Positions 30,774 through 39,339 of a DNA stretch of 52,033 nucleotides are shown one piece after another; position 1 is the first letter of the stretch, and each line of letters starts with the position of its first letter. Where the stretch lies: contig CBFGWQ010000001.1 in NCBI GenBank assembly GCA_965652575.1, forward strand, positions 1 through 52,033. Direction: 5' to 3'. Origin of the DNA: an uncultured Arenibacter sp. (GTDB lineage: Bacteria; Bacteroidota; Bacteroidia; Flavobacteriales; Flavobacteriaceae). The position numbers and the translations under genes were made by a program. A model generated the notes under the pieces. The model did no database searches and was not told the origin of the DNA. It worked only from the letters and a program-made list of their open reading frames with translations.

Positions 30774-30781
30774 CAAATATA
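30774..30781 (-). promoter_or_regulatory. -7 promoter element of ppnP
   Basis: TATATTTG on the minus strand, about 25 nt upstream of the ATG. Confidence 0.6.
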
Positions 30782-30924
30782 AAAAAAGGAAGTTCGGAAT
30801 AGTTATAATCATCATATTTTTAAATGTACCAACCCTCCAATTTGCACTGCCACCATTTCGTTCACAAGAGAATGGTTTTTAACAACTTTGGAGTATCTTT
30901 AAGTAATCTTTATTTATAATAAAA

Positions 30925-31629
30925 ATGAGAATAATTATTGTCCTATTGGTGCTAATTTCATGGGAAACAAGAACCCAAAATCCAATTGCCGAACCTAACG
31001 ATTATTTAAAGGAAATCAAAAAAGAGCTAAAAATAGAATGGCCCAATAACCGGACGATCAATCTAGTATTCCATGGGCATTCGGTTCCTGCCGGCTATTT
31101 TAAGACCCCTGTTGTAAACACCCTGGATGCCTACCCTTTTCAAGTACTGAAAGGAATAAAGGAACACTACCCCCATGCCGTAATCAACATAATCAATACC
31201 TCCATTGGGGGAGAGAATTCTGTTAGCGGCGCGGAACGATTTGAGGCCGGGGTCCTCATACATAGGCCCGATGTACTTTTCTTGGACTACGCCCTAAATG
31301 ATACGGGAATTGGTCTTGAAACGTCCTATGAAGCATGGCATTCCATGATCGGTAAGGCCTTGGACCAAAAAATTAAAATAATCCTCCTGACCCCTTCCCC
31401 GGACCAACGGATAAACATTATGGAAACAGATAATGTATTGGGCCAGCACCAAAAACAGATCCGGAAATTGGCCATGGAAAATGGGATTGGACTAGTGGAT
31501 AGCTACACCTTATTTAAAGAAAAAGCAGTTGCAGGCGATAGCATTTCGAAATATATGTCCCAGGTAAACCATCCCAATAAGGAAGGCCACAAGCTCATTG
31601 CCGATGAAATCCTTACCTATTTTCAATAA
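30925..31629 (+). CDS. SGNH/GDSL hydrolase (putative carbohydrate esterase)
   Basis: FHGHSV (block I), GGENS, YALND, QVNHPN..GH; signal peptide. Confidence 0.88.
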   Translation: MRIIIVLLVLISWETRTQNPIAEPNDYLKEIKKELKIEWPNNRTINLVFHGHSVPAGYFKTPVVNTLDAYPFQVLKGIKEHYPHAVINIINTSIGGENSVSGAERFEAGVLIHRPDVLFLDYALNDTGIGLETSYEAWHSMIGKALDQKIKIILLTPSPDQRINIMETDNVLGQHQKQIRKLAMENGIGLVDSYTLFKEKAVAGDSISKYMSQVNHPNKEGHKLIADEILTYFQ

Positions 31630-31660
31630 TGAACGGAACATGGGAACAAACACCTCGGAA

Positions 31661-32491
31661 ATGAAAATCAGGGAAATTTTAATTTTAGGAATCTTTTTAT
31701 GTGTTAGCCTATCGTGTAGGGCCAACGAGCGCTGTACTTTTAAAGTACTTGCATTCTACACCGCCAAAAATGACGCTGCCCACATCAGTTTTGTTAGAGA
31801 GGCCAATACATGGTTCTCCAAAACAGGGCACAAATTTAATTTTTGCTACGAAGCTACCGATAATTGGAACCTTTTAAACGAGGAATACCTTTCAGCTTAT
31901 CAAGTCGTAATATTTCTGGATACACGCCCAGAAAATCCATTGCAAAGGTCGGTCTTTGAAAAGTATATGAAAAATGGTGGCGGTTGGTTGGGATTCCATT
32001 TTTCGGCTTTTGCGCTGTCCCCTTCCTCCTATCCGAATAACTGGGATTGGTACCAAAATTCGTTTTTGGCCTGTGGGGCATACTCTGGCAATACTTGGAG
32101 ACCTACGGCCGCAACTCTTAAAGTGGAGAACAGGGACCATCCCATTACCCGAAAATTTCCTAAAAAAATAAAATCCACCCCAAATGAATGGTACAAATGG
32201 GAAAAAGACCTTCAGACCAATACGGACATTGAAATTCTTTTATCGATCCACCCCAAAAGTTTTCCACTGGGAACAGGGCCGAAACCCCATGAAATATGGC
32301 ATAGTGGATACTATCCCGTAGTATGGACCAATAAAAAGTATAGAATGGTGTACTTTAACATGGGACATAACGATATTGACTACGAAAACGGAACCCATGA
32401 AGAACTGTCCCTTACCTTTGGCAAAGAGGACCAGAACAGACTAATATTGAATGCCCTATTATGGGCGGGGAAAAGGAATGTAAAAACATGA
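31661..32491 (+). CDS. ThuA-like exported protein (start reassigned; 31640 also possible)
   Basis: GGGWLGFH, NEWY, YPVVW, Y.NMGH; signal MKIREILILGIFLCVSLSC. Confidence 0.82.
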   Translation: MKIREILILGIFLCVSLSCRANERCTFKVLAFYTAKNDAAHISFVREANTWFSKTGHKFNFCYEATDNWNLLNEEYLSAYQVVIFLDTRPENPLQRSVFEKYMKNGGGWLGFHFSAFALSPSSYPNNWDWYQNSFLACGAYSGNTWRPTAATLKVENRDHPITRKFPKKIKSTPNEWYKWEKDLQTNTDIEILLSIHPKSFPLGTGPKPHEIWHSGYYPVVWTNKKYRMVYFNMGHNDIDYENGTHEELSLTFGKEDQNRLILNALLWAGKRNVKT

Positions 32492-33111
32492 ATAAAAAAC
32501 CGACCATAAAAATCAAAGACAACAAAGTGGGAATGATCGGCTATGGTATGTTATCCTCTTTGGAGAGTATTGAGGAAATTCTGGGAAGAAAATACCAGGA
32601 CACTATTTATTGGATACATCTTAAAGGCATGCAGCGCGCCTGGAATTTTGTAGCCCCCAATAACGACCCGAATTTTCCCGCAGAATATATAAATTATGAT
32701 TCCTTTTGTCTTAAAAATAACAGTGCCGTACCTTACGAAAAGTCTATTTTTCTGAATATTATAGAGAATAAGGATATACGATTAAACTGTATATTGTATT
32801 TTGTAACCCATGAGGAATTGGTATTGTTTGATGAATTTGAATTTGGGTACAAAAGAATAGATGTAACCGATCGCGTTGAAGAATACCATTTTGAAAACGG
32901 TAAAGTCTATGCATACAAGGCACTTCCGGCATATGAATATGACGTCAATTATGACGAGGACAAGAGTATTATAGAAAAAAGTTATTTGGATTTAGTTTTG
33001 GCATCCTATGATACCCAAGGGAGCGAAACCCGCAAAGAATTTGACCTTTCCACCATTCCCCACGACCCCAATTTGGTTGCTCCGGTAATCCATAAAAAGA
33101 TAAGGGAATAG
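32488..33111 (+). CDS. Gamma-glutamylcyclotransferase-like protein
   Basis: IGYGML (GYGSL-like), G.QRAWN, FDEFE.GY.R; ATGA overlap with the upstream stop. Confidence 0.6.
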   Translation: MNKKPTIKIKDNKVGMIGYGMLSSLESIEEILGRKYQDTIYWIHLKGMQRAWNFVAPNNDPNFPAEYINYDSFCLKNNSAVPYEKSIFLNIIENKDIRLNCILYFVTHEELVLFDEFEFGYKRIDVTDRVEEYHFENGKVYAYKALPAYEYDVNYDEDKSIIEKSYLDLVLASYDTQGSETRKEFDLSTIPHDPNLVAPVIHKKIRE

Positions 33112-33154
33112 TTTTAGGACAAATATACAGAACCGATAATTTTCTTATATAAGA

Positions 33155-33179
33155 ACGCCCCTCTTTAAAATAGGGGCGT
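33155..33179. terminator. Hairpin between convergent genes (probable terminator)
   Basis: ACGCCCCT...AGGGGCGT stem. Confidence 0.6.
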
Positions 33180-33246
33180 CCATCCTCCTTTATAAGCCGA
33201 ATGAAACTGAATTAACAGAACACTCCTTCAAATTTACCGGCCCGCA

Positions 33247-33354
33247 TCATTTACGCTTTCTATTCTGCCGGGCTTCCAATTTCTGCTTGATTTTCTCTTG
33301 TTTTTTAATCTTTAGATCCACTTTGGGGGCTTTTAATTTTTTCCCTCTAGCCAT
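33247..33354 (-). CDS. Unannotated 35-aa highly basic protein MARGKKLKAPKVDLKIKKQEKIKQKLEARQNRKRK
   Basis: Hand-translated; very AT-rich initiation region with A at -3; upstream promoter and downstream hairpin. Confidence 0.65.
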   Translation of the reverse strand: MARGKKLKAPKVDLKIKKQEKIKQKLEARQNRKRK

Positions 33355-33394
33355 GATTATAATTTTAAATAATTAATAAAAAAATATAAAACGG

Positions 33395-33612
33395 CAATCC
33401 TAGAGTGTTATAACCATTACCTACGAGTCATAGCAAATACGGACACAATTAACCATTGTTGTCAAAAATAAATGGGAGTAAGGTTATAGGATTGTTTTAA
33501 GCACACTCGCGGGTGCTTAAAAATTCGGGAAGATAATTTTCGATTTTCTTATCGAAGGATTTTGCAAATACAACCCAACAAAAAAATCGGACAAACCGAA
33601 ATCTCCTCGGTC
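33395..33612 (-). ncRNA. Putative structured 5' UTR (cis-regulatory RNA) of the small basic gene
   Basis: Arms 33395-33420/33478-33494, 10-bp hairpin 33495-33522, hairpin 33539-33556, and a hairpin near 33595-33612. Confidence 0.45.
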
Positions 33613-33617
33613 TTGAC

Positions 33618-33625
33618 CAAAGTTA
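33618..33625 (-). promoter_or_regulatory. -7 promoter element upstream of the structured leader
   Basis: TAACTTTG on the minus strand, with TTTG at 33645-33642 (16-nt spacer, shorter than typical). Confidence 0.55.
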
Positions 33626-33850
33626 TATTTTTCTACTATATCAAAATAATGGCCTTCCATAATCAAGAAGCAATACTGTTTCATTCAACAATATCAGTAC
33701 GAGTTGCACCGTAGCTGTTCCGTTCCAAACATACATAATATAAATATATCCATCAAATTTAAATGCCCGTAAATCCTTCACAATTATTCAACCTGCCTAT
33801 AGAAAACGATTTTCCCAATTTTGTCGCAAACGATTAAAAACATGGAAATA

Positions 33851-35071
33851 CTATTGGACAATAGTAATACTTTTTCCCAAAAAATTCTTAAGCACAAAAT
33901 GTACCGAAACAATCAATAAAAGCAAAAAGAGATATTCATTAAAAAAATTATCCTTGGAAGGAAAACTAGGGACGTACAACTTAAAGGCCAATAGATAACT
34001 TACCGCACATAAACCCAAAAAGGACAAGCTATATCGCCAGTTCCTAAAGCAATCCAAATATAGACCGGGTTTCATTAAAAGTGCCAGTTCCTTTCCGAAC
34101 AATTGCCCGGCCAAAGGCCATAAAAAAATAAGTGGCAAGGCAAATAATCTGGTTTCCCTGGCCAAGGTAGCTGCCATTACAATGGGCGTATTAATGGCCA
34201 CTGCCAGTAGAAACGCCCGGACGTATTTTTTTTCCAATGCAGAAAATATCCAGGACTTTTTACCCATATAAAGAAAATATAGACTAGGACCCAAGACCAG
34301 GAAAAATGACACTACGGATTCTACGGCGCTGGCAAAAGTTCCAAAATTCTGAAAATAACAGCTCAGCCTATTCGCGGCCACCTCCGAGGTTTCATTCCAA
34401 ATACCGCTGGCCCATATAAATATCCCCAAATAAATAACGTATAAGGGAATTGGAAGAAAGAGTAGGAATAATTTTTTCTTGACCAATGATGTCTCCTTGT
34501 TGTTGGTTTTTAAACTGAGGCCCGAAAAAATAATGGCCAACCCTGGTATTAGAAAAACAGTGCTTTCCCTAGCTATAGTGGCCATTAAAAATAAGGGGAC
34601 ATAGTTCCGCCACTTTTCTTGGATCAGAGCAAGAATACCGAGCATAATCAAACAATATTGTAAAGGCTCATCATAACTAAAGACCGGGGGGAAAAAAGCA
34701 AATAGAATGGAAAATGTCAGAAAATAGGCTACTTGGTTAAATAGTGCCTGACCCTTTGTTGCCCGAAGCCTTAATGAAATTTTATAGATCAATAATCCAC
34801 TAAAAAACAGCAACAACAGATTTACCAGTACAAAGGACTCCCCTAACGTAATTCCAAAGATGCCCGAAGATCCCTCAATTAACAAAGAGGTCAATGGACG
34901 TCTCGCAAAGGGGGCAAATTCCTGATGGTATCTAATTTGGGAGGCCAAAAAAACATGGGACAGCTTAGTGTTGTTTTCATTCAACATACTATCCGATATA
35001 GGCAGCATATGAACGCCGTATATCAGCATAACAAACAAAAAACTAACAATATACTGTAAATAGCCTTTCAT
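33851..35071 (-). CDS. Polytopic membrane protein, possibly GT-C fold (start reassigned to 35071)
   Basis: About 10 hydrophobic segments; FARRPL, YDEP, IARES and RETRL in loops. Confidence 0.6.
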   Translation of the reverse strand: MKGYLQYIVSFLFVMLIYGVHMLPISDSMLNENNTKLSHVFLASQIRYHQEFAPFARRPLTSLLIEGSSGIFGITLGESFVLVNLLLLFFSGLLIYKISLRLRATKGQALFNQVAYFLTFSILFAFFPPVFSYDEPLQYCLIMLGILALIQEKWRNYVPLFLMATIARESTVFLIPGLAIIFSGLSLKTNNKETSLVKKKLFLLFLPIPLYVIYLGIFIWASGIWNETSEVAANRLSCYFQNFGTFASAVESVVSFFLVLGPSLYFLYMGKKSWIFSALEKKYVRAFLLAVAINTPIVMAATLARETRLFALPLIFLWPLAGQLFGKELALLMKPGLYLDCFRNWRYSLSFLGLCAVSYLLAFKLYVPSFPSKDNFFNEYLFLLLLIVSVHFVLKNFLGKSITIVQ

Positions 35072-35203
35072 AGCATCGTTACCAATGATGGGCCTAAAAG
35101 TAAACAAAACATTAGTTGGTTGTTATATAGCAAAATGTTTATTCCTTCAGAAAAAAAAGTGGTTTCTTAGGCAGGAAAACCTATGCACTGGTATTCCACC
35201 TAT

Positions 35204-35270
35204 AGTAAACTACCTCGGGGCATTCCCTCCTGGACGGGCGGACAGGTTTAAATCTCGATTATCGAGTAAA
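35204..35270. repeat. Short, internally deleted copy of an AGTAAA-bounded palindromic element
   Basis: Shares AGTAAACTACCTCGG and CCTCGGGGCATT with 37786-37887 and also ends in AGTAAA. Confidence 0.55.
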
Positions 35271-35277
35271 TTATCGT

Positions 35278-36462
35278 CTATGCCAGAGACTCCAAAGCCA
35301 GCCATGCCATTAATCCCCCACCTATTTCCAAAGCCGATTCATCTATGTTAAAAGTCGGCGTATGTAAGCCCGATATAATTCCCTTTTCCATATTGCCGAC
35401 ACCCAACAAATAAAAACAGGCCGGGTTTTGTTGCGAATAATAAGCAAAATCCTCCGCGGCCATCCATAGGTCCAAGTCGACCACATTGTCAGATCCAAGA
35501 TATGCTATTGCCCCTTTTCTCATTGCATTCGTCAATTCCGGATTATTCTTTAAATGTGGGTATCCTCTTGGTATATGTATCGTGCATTCCGCACCCATAC
35601 CATCAACAATGGATTTTACCATCTTCGTGAGTTTTTCTATAGCCTCTGTCCGCCACGCCTCATCATAGGTCCTAAAAGTACCCTCAATAACCACCCTGTC
35701 CGGGATAACATTATTGGCTCCATCCCCTATAATACGGCCAAAGGACAATACACTTGGGGTTTTGGGCGATGCCATTCTGCTCACTAGCTGCTGGGCCGCC
35801 ACAATAACATGCGATGCAATTAAAATTGGATCTATACATTCTTCCGGCACCGCGGCATGCCCGCCTTTTCCTATGATTGTGATATAAATCTCATCCATAC
35901 TGGCCATGAATAGGCCAGATCTAAAACCCACCTTGCCCACAGCAAGTTTTGGCATTACATGTTGCCCCACATGAGGTATTGGACCCAAATCCTTGTATGA
36001 ACTCTCTTTCATTACCAAGGTGGCCCCGCCCGGCATAATTTCCTCCCCAGGTTGAAACAATAACTTTACCGTTCCCGAAAATTCCTTCCTCAGTTCCCAT
36101 AGAATTTTGGCGGTCAGTAAGAGGGAGGTCATATGTACATCATGGCCACAGGCATGCATGACCCCTTTATTTTGGGAAGCATATTCCACTACATTTTCCT
36201 CTTGAATGGGAAGGGCGTCCATATCCGCCCTTAAAAGGATGGTTTTACCAGAGGCCTCTCCTTTTATAGTAGCCAATAAACCTGTTTTGGCAACAGATTC
36301 AATTTCGGTAATCCCAATATCTATAAGTTGTTGCCTTAGGTAGGCACAGGTATGATGTTCTTTAAAGGAAAGCTCCGGGTGTTGGTGCAAATGTCTTCTT
36401 ACCCTTATAAATTCAAAAGAGTGTGCTTGCGCCAATTGTTTTATTTTGTTCTTAGTATTCAT
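35278..36462 (-). CDS. M20 family amidohydrolase (Acy1/AbgB-like); start reassigned to 36462
   Basis: RRHLHQHPELSF.E, LRADMDALP, MHACGHD.H, FQPGEE, GKGGH, AEDFAYY, LH.P.F.IDE. Confidence 0.93.
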   Translation of the reverse strand: MNTKNKIKQLAQAHSFEFIRVRRHLHQHPELSFKEHHTCAYLRQQLIDIGITEIESVAKTGLLATIKGEASGKTILLRADMDALPIQEENVVEYASQNKGVMHACGHDVHMTSLLLTAKILWELRKEFSGTVKLLFQPGEEIMPGGATLVMKESSYKDLGPIPHVGQHVMPKLAVGKVGFRSGLFMASMDEIYITIIGKGGHAAVPEECIDPILIASHVIVAAQQLVSRMASPKTPSVLSFGRIIGDGANNVIPDRVVIEGTFRTYDEAWRTEAIEKLTKMVKSIVDGMGAECTIHIPRGYPHLKNNPELTNAMRKGAIAYLGSDNVVDLDLWMAAEDFAYYSQQNPACFYLLGVGNMEKGIISGLHTPTFNIDESALEIGGGLMAWLALESLA

Positions 36463-36560
36463 ATAGTATCTATTATACCACAATATTACAACTTAAATCC
36501 TTGTACACTTTAAGGAACATAAGACAGAAGGGGTTTAGTTCCCAATCCATATTATTTTCA

Positions 36561-36744
36561 CCCCCATCCGTTCCACTTCACTTATGGTGAAGCAGAACAC
36601 CTTCCCCTTCTAGGGGAAGCAACCCTTAGACTATCTTATTTATAAAATTATCACGTATCTCCCAATATCACAACAGCATTTGCACCTTCCCTTGGCAAGG
36701 GAAGATGGATTTTGGCCCTTTTTCAGGGGAAAAAGACGGAAAGG
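36561..36744. repeat. Inverted pair of ~60-nt REP-like elements
   Basis: CCCATCCG-hairpin-CACCTTCCCCTTCTAGGGGAAG (36561-36619); opposite strand CCTTTCCG-hairpin-CATCTTCCCTTGCCAAGGGAAG (36744-36686). Confidence 0.65.
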
Positions 36745-36769
36745 ATCCACTTTTAGGGGAAGAAGTTTT

Positions 36770-37768
36770 TTAATCTGTAATAATAAAATTTAAAAAATCC
36801 GGGCTGTTCCATTGCCGGTATGCCCCTGTAGTGTCCTCTACCATAAACACCTCCAAGTCTGTAGTTTCCCGGACAACTTTCCTACCTTCCCCAATTCCCA
36901 AAACACTTAGGGCAGAGGCATAGGCATCTGCCATGGTCCCATTGGGTGCTATAACCGTTACTTGGATATTATTGCTCAATGCAATGCCGCTTTTAGGGTC
37001 GACTATATGTGAATATCGCTTCCCATCTATAACGGAATACTGATATAGGTCCCCTGATGTGGCTACTGCCCGATTTTTAAGCTTTACCTTTTGGAATACC
37101 TCTTCCCCGTTTTCATTGAAATAACTAAAACCTAAAATCCAAAACTCCTTATTGGGCGGAGCCCCACTCACGGTAACGTCCCCACCCATATCTACCAATG
37201 CCGACTTTATACCGTTTCTTTTCAACAAGTTTATAGCCTCGTCCGCAGCAAATCCCTTTCCTATCCCCCCGACATCCAATTGCATTCCCTCTTGCTTTAA
37301 CCTTACCGTATTTATATATGGGAATTCTAAATTGCTATGACCGGTTCTCTGTTGAGCGGACCTTATTTCGGCCATTGAAGGAACTTGCCTATTTTTCCTG
37401 GCTTTTTTCCATAGTTCAATGAGCGGCCCCAGGGTAATATCAAAAGCACCGGAGGTCCTTTTGGCATAATCCCCTGAAATATTCATGAGGCGAAATAAAT
37501 CCGTACTTACTACCACATCCCTATTTGGCTTTTTACCAAGCCGGTTAATTTCGCTTTGCGGAAGGTAATTACTTAATATACCGTTCAGCTCATCGATCCT
37601 CTTGAATACCAATTGCGCTATGGAATCTGCCCTGGCCTTATCTTTTTCATAAAAGACAAGACCTATTTGGGTGCCCATTTGTTGGTGGGAATACTCATAC
37701 CTGGTTTGGGCGAAGCATGTAAAACAAAAGACATAAAACAAAACAACAATTGGAATACGGTAAATCAT
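36770..37768 (-). CDS. apbE: FAD:protein FMN transferase
   Basis: MGT, GAFDITLGPL..LW, LDVGGIGKG, DMGGD, AVATSG, RYSHIVDP, ADAYASA; signal peptide. Confidence 0.93.
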   Translation of the reverse strand: MIYRIPIVVLFYVFCFTCFAQTRYEYSHQQMGTQIGLVFYEKDKARADSIAQLVFKRIDELNGILSNYLPQSEINRLGKKPNRDVVVSTDLFRLMNISGDYAKRTSGAFDITLGPLIELWKKARKNRQVPSMAEIRSAQQRTGHSNLEFPYINTVRLKQEGMQLDVGGIGKGFAADEAINLLKRNGIKSALVDMGGDVTVSGAPPNKEFWILGFSYFNENGEEVFQKVKLKNRAVATSGDLYQYSVIDGKRYSHIVDPKSGIALSNNIQVTVIAPNGTMADAYASALSVLGIGEGRKVVRETTDLEVFMVEDTTGAYRQWNSPDFLNFIITD

Positions 37769-37785
37769 ATAGCTACTAAGTAATC

Positions 37786-37887
37786 AGTAAACTACCTCGG
37801 TGCAAGCACACGAGGCATTGGTCGGAAACATATTTTTAATTTCGAGGCAAGCCTCGGGGCATTATACCCTTTGGCGGTGCCAGTAAA
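37786..37887. mobile_element. Non-autonomous palindromic element (MITE/REP-like) bounded by AGTAAA
   Basis: Two GCAA-loop hairpins CCTCG.TGCAAGCA.CGAGG and CGAGGCAAGCCTCG, terminal TGGC..GCCA hairpin, AGTAAA at both ends. Confidence 0.6.
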
Positions 37888-37899
37888 TTACTTGCGAAT

Positions 37900-39336
37900 T
37901 TACTGTATACTGTCCACAATGGTGTCCTTCTCTATAAACTCTGTTTTGAATTCCGGGTCAATGCCATGGTCTATATGCAAATTGGGAATAGCTTCCCTTA
38001 GTTTGGAAAGTCCGGAATCGGACAGTTTTGTCTCCCAAACATATAAACTGTTAAGACTCTTTAGGCCCTTCAGAACGGCCACACTTTCATCGGTAATACC
38101 GGTTTCATATGCCTTGAGGACCCTGAGATTTGCAAGCTCCGTTAATTTTACAAACTCGGCATCCGTGATGGGGGTACGGTCTACTTCCAACCATTCCAAA
38201 TTTTTGCACATTGCCACAAATTCCATTTCCTTTTCTCCGATAGGAATTCCACTCAGATCCAACTCCACAATATTGTTGGCAATCCGCTTTAAATCCGTAA
38301 TGTTCTTCGGGTCGTATTCTGGTGGCAGGTAGACGGATATGCCCAGCGCCTGTGAATTACTGGCAATCCTTTTTATGGTAACATAATCCGAAGCCAAATT
38401 TAGTATAGTGCTATCCGCTACTTTGGGAAGTTTTGCCCATGAATTCTTATTTCCTGAATCCATTATTTTCATGACCATTCCTGCCAAGGGTTCGCCACTG
38501 TCCAAATGGCTCAACTTTAAAGTGTCCGAAGCCCCCAAGGCTATCCAGCGTTCCAATATCTGTATTTCATTTTCGGACAGAGGTTTCTTGCCATCAGGAG
38601 GCATATGCTCCTCGTCTTCCTTTGGCAAATGTAAACGTCTAATGATTTCGCTTTTCCCTGGATCCCCGACCACCAAGGCCGGTCCACTTTCACCGCCTTG
38701 AACAAGCTCGCTTATACCGGTCATCAACAGCTCCCCTTTTTTCTTGTTCGGATTATGGCAGCCTATACAATTATTATCCAATATTCGGTGTACTATATGT
38801 TCATAAATCAAGGGATCTTCGGGAATCTTTTCCAGTTTCTTACTTCTTGGCAAGGCCAAAAAATCTTCCCCATGGGTAATCATTCCGCCATAATGGCCAG
38901 TGAACCCTACCAAAATAATCAATATCACCTGGATTCCTTTCACCAAATACGTCTGCTGTAAATGATTGGTACTCACCCAATACCAGAGAACTGCCAAAAT
39001 AGCCACTCCGGCCCCCATCCATTGGTGCCATAAAAGAAGACTGCCTTTTGGTACGGCCTCATTTCCCAAGAAAAAACCGGTTATGGCGGTAACCAAGGCA
39101 GAGATGGTAGCAATGGTAAGCAAGGGCTTGGGCACCATTCTATTAAAAAGCCCTAGCGCGGCAGACATCAACAAAAGCACTATGGGAAAATGCAAAATTA
39201 ACGGATGCCAACGCCCCAACCAGGCTACAAGACCGGGAAGATCAATAAAGGATTCGAATATTAAACAAAAAATAAGAAATACGGTAAGACCGAAGATAAC
39301 ATAATCGACCCAGGGAGAACTATTTTTTTGAGCCAT
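37900..39336 (-). CDS. Membrane protein: DUF2231-like TM domain + planctomycete cytochrome c + LRRs (copy 2)
   Basis: GRWHPLILHFP, WHQW, TGHYGG.ITHG, CIGCH, HMPP, WI..GA, LxxLxL repeats. Confidence 0.85.
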   Translation of the reverse strand: MAQKNSSPWVDYVIFGLTVFLIFCLIFESFIDLPGLVAWLGRWHPLILHFPIVLLLMSAALGLFNRMVPKPLLTIATISALVTAITGFFLGNEAVPKGSLLLWHQWMGAGVAILAVLWYWVSTNHLQQTYLVKGIQVILIILVGFTGHYGGMITHGEDFLALPRSKKLEKIPEDPLIYEHIVHRILDNNCIGCHNPNKKKGELLMTGISELVQGGESGPALVVGDPGKSEIIRRLHLPKEDEEHMPPDGKKPLSENEIQILERWIALGASDTLKLSHLDSGEPLAGMVMKIMDSGNKNSWAKLPKVADSTILNLASDYVTIKRIASNSQALGISVYLPPEYDPKNITDLKRIANNIVELDLSGIPIGEKEMEFVAMCKNLEWLEVDRTPITDAEFVKLTELANLRVLKAYETGITDESVAVLKGLKSLNSLYVWETKLSDSGLSKLREAIPNLHIDHGIDPEFKTEFIEKDTIVDSIQ

Positions 39337-39339
39337 ATA

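Noticed and set aside
33247-33354. Small basic ORF as ribosomal protein bTHX or a type I toxin
   Set aside because: It lacks the GKGD..T.RGK signature and has no hydrophobic helix.
35085-35351. 88-aa plus-strand ORF
   Set aside because: It crosses a repeat element and overlaps neighbouring minus-strand ORFs.
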